DNA of 64,000 bases from Laetmonice hystrix (taxonomy: Eukaryota): the NCBI GenBank assembly GCA_965235115.1, contig OZ249443.1, forward strand, positions 4,650,001 to 4,714,000, written 5' to 3'. This document shows positions 62,426 to 64,000 of this stretch, piece by piece (the stretch's first letter is position 1; every line of letters begins with the position of its first letter). A program made the position numbers and the translations under genes. The notes below the pieces were generated by a model, which saw only the letters and a list, made by a program, of their open reading frames with translations, was not told the origin of the DNA and searched no databases.

Positions 62426-62895
62426 AGACACTTACTTTACCCCCTGTCACTGAACGACTATGGTTGTGATACTGTAAACTTCACAATTCCATGCATGATT
62501 GAAATGTGACAGCAAACAGTTTTAGGTCAGGCAGCATGTTGGTGAGAAAATTATAACTAAGTTTTGGAGTCAGAACCACTTAGTGTGTTCAGTTTGTAGC
62601 CATGCTATGGACTATAACACTAAACAGAGGCTTTAAACATTTAAGGGTGTGAATCAGAAAGATTGAAATGGCCTAATTCTAAGATTGAGTGAAAGAATAT
62701 CATCATCGACAAGTGTCTTGTGGCAGGGAGGTAACCCGAGCTCTAGTTAATACAACTCAGACAGGTTTATTGTTGCCAAATGGTTCATCAGTAGTGCTAT
62801 GTAAGATCAGCCATGCCTTCTTACAGCCCTACATCATGGCTTTGTAGCATTTCTTGTACACTACTGCTGCCTATTTGACATCAGAATATACCACT

Positions 62896-62969
62896 GTCAG
62901 GAGACACTTGAATGAAGTCCTTACGTTAAACCGGAAGGTATGTATGGTCGGAGAATAGTGTTTTCTGAC
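62896..62969 (+). promoter_or_regulatory. Type II SECIS element in the SELENOF 3' UTR
   Basis: 13-bp helix I gtcaggagacact/agtgttttctgac; core AUGAA (62912-16) opposite GGAG (62950-53); helix II gtccttacgt/atgtatggtc; unpaired AA(A) at 62928-30; mini-stem closed by a GGAA tetraloop. Confidence 0.92.
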
Positions 62970-63045
62970 TTTGTATTGGTGGAGCAGGGCATATTTCATC
63001 ATCACATGTCATTTATTGTAAAGAGATGGCTGAGATTCATCAGGA

Positions 63046-63051
63046 AATAAA
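63046..63051 (+). terminator. Probable polyadenylation signal of SELENOF
   Basis: AATAAA about 80 nt downstream of the SECIS. Confidence 0.55.
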
Positions 63052-63519
63052 CAAACATATTTATGATTTTGCGACGTTCCTTTTGTTTAATTTGGGAGAA
63101 GATATGCTTACTTAGACCAAATAATTTGATAACTAAATCGTGAAAAATATTTGTCCTAAATACCAACAGACGCTTACAACTGATAACATTTCCTATTGAC
63201 CTATGGATCTATTGACTCGGTTAGGGATGTGGTTTTCTGAGAGCTGGGTTTCTCCATAAACTGCCAACTCGCAAGGCATTGCAAAAACCCAGTGGAGTGT
63301 CTTATGGTCTCGACAGGTGGCAGCAGCAGCGTTGGTCCGCTGGACTCGCTCTGTTTGCGGACCCAAGCCACGTGGTTCGGGCCACTCCGGGTGCAGAACC
63401 GGGAGGGGCTGTGTGTATTAAACTCATAAGGGGCGGACCATTTGATACAGGGGGGGGGGGGCTGTGTGTATTAAACTCATAAGGGGCGGACCATTTGATA
63501 CGGGGGCTCTCCATCGTGC

Positions 63520-64000
63520 CTGCCAAACTCTATGGCCATGATTGATCTGCCGACATCTCGGCTGACGATACTTGTATCTTATAACATAGCAGTGCATAGG
63601 CCTATTGGTTGGAGAGAGTACATCTTCCGTACTTCACATTTGGGATTAAATTTTGCCAGACGAATAAAGGGATATAGGCCTACAAAGATCTGAGATCAAC
63701 AAATATGACCTCTCAAGGCGCCCTCTATCGTGGAGTTGCCACCTAGCGGCACATAGTTGACACACAGCTGGCTGTCGATGGACTGACGGGAGGCCTTTTA
63801 TCCGAAGGATACGAATACATGTAGATACAATAACGAATAGCCTTACTAGTAGAATCATGTAACAACAGAAATTGAGAGAGGGAGATAGGGGATGGAAGAA
63901 GGAAGAAAAGAAAGGGTCGGATTGTTGGACTCCATAGTGCCTGCCGGACTCTACAGCCATGTTGGAACTGCCGACATCTAGGCTGACGATACTTGTATCT
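63520..64000 (+). repeat. Dispersed repeat family, here head-to-tail tandem with ~421-bp period, running off the window end
   Basis: gccgacatct occurs at 63549 and 63970; contains gcgccctctatcgtggagttgccacctagcggcaca. Confidence 0.85.

Overview
This is eukaryotic genomic DNA with GT-AG spliceosomal introns. It comes from a bilaterian invertebrate; I cannot fix the taxon from sequence alone. Most entries in the ORF track are exon fragments, antisense frames or translated repeats. I assembled five protein-coding genes by hand: a rhodopsin-class orphan GPCR with a single coding exon (-), a 425-aa GPI-anchored three-Ig protein (+), METTL13 (-, 13 coding exons), MEGF8 (-, about 33 coding exons) and selenoprotein F (+). 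The ORF track cannot see SELENOF because of an in-frame UGA; a well-formed type II SECIS lies in its 3' UTR. Intergenic and intronic DNA is dense in non-autonomous DNA transposons (PIF/Harbinger-, Tc1/mariner/pogo-, Kolobok- and hAT-like MITEs) and tandem repeats. Most unusual observations: (1) several intronic tandem arrays in MEGF8 and METTL13 are anchored on splice junctions and multiply the splice site itself, up to about 25 donor copies or 6 acceptor copies; (2) three independent CAGGG-terminal elements carry 6-bp rather than 8-bp TSDs; (3) a dispersed, locally tandem repeat of about 420 bp carries paired CTCF-like motifs; (4) a satellite is arranged as inverted, foldback-like arrays; (5) SELENOF has CQU instead of the usual CGU motif. 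I found no CRISPR array, rRNA or tRNA. I cannot claim a confirmed new biological system; the splice-site-amplifying repeats are the best candidate for follow-up.
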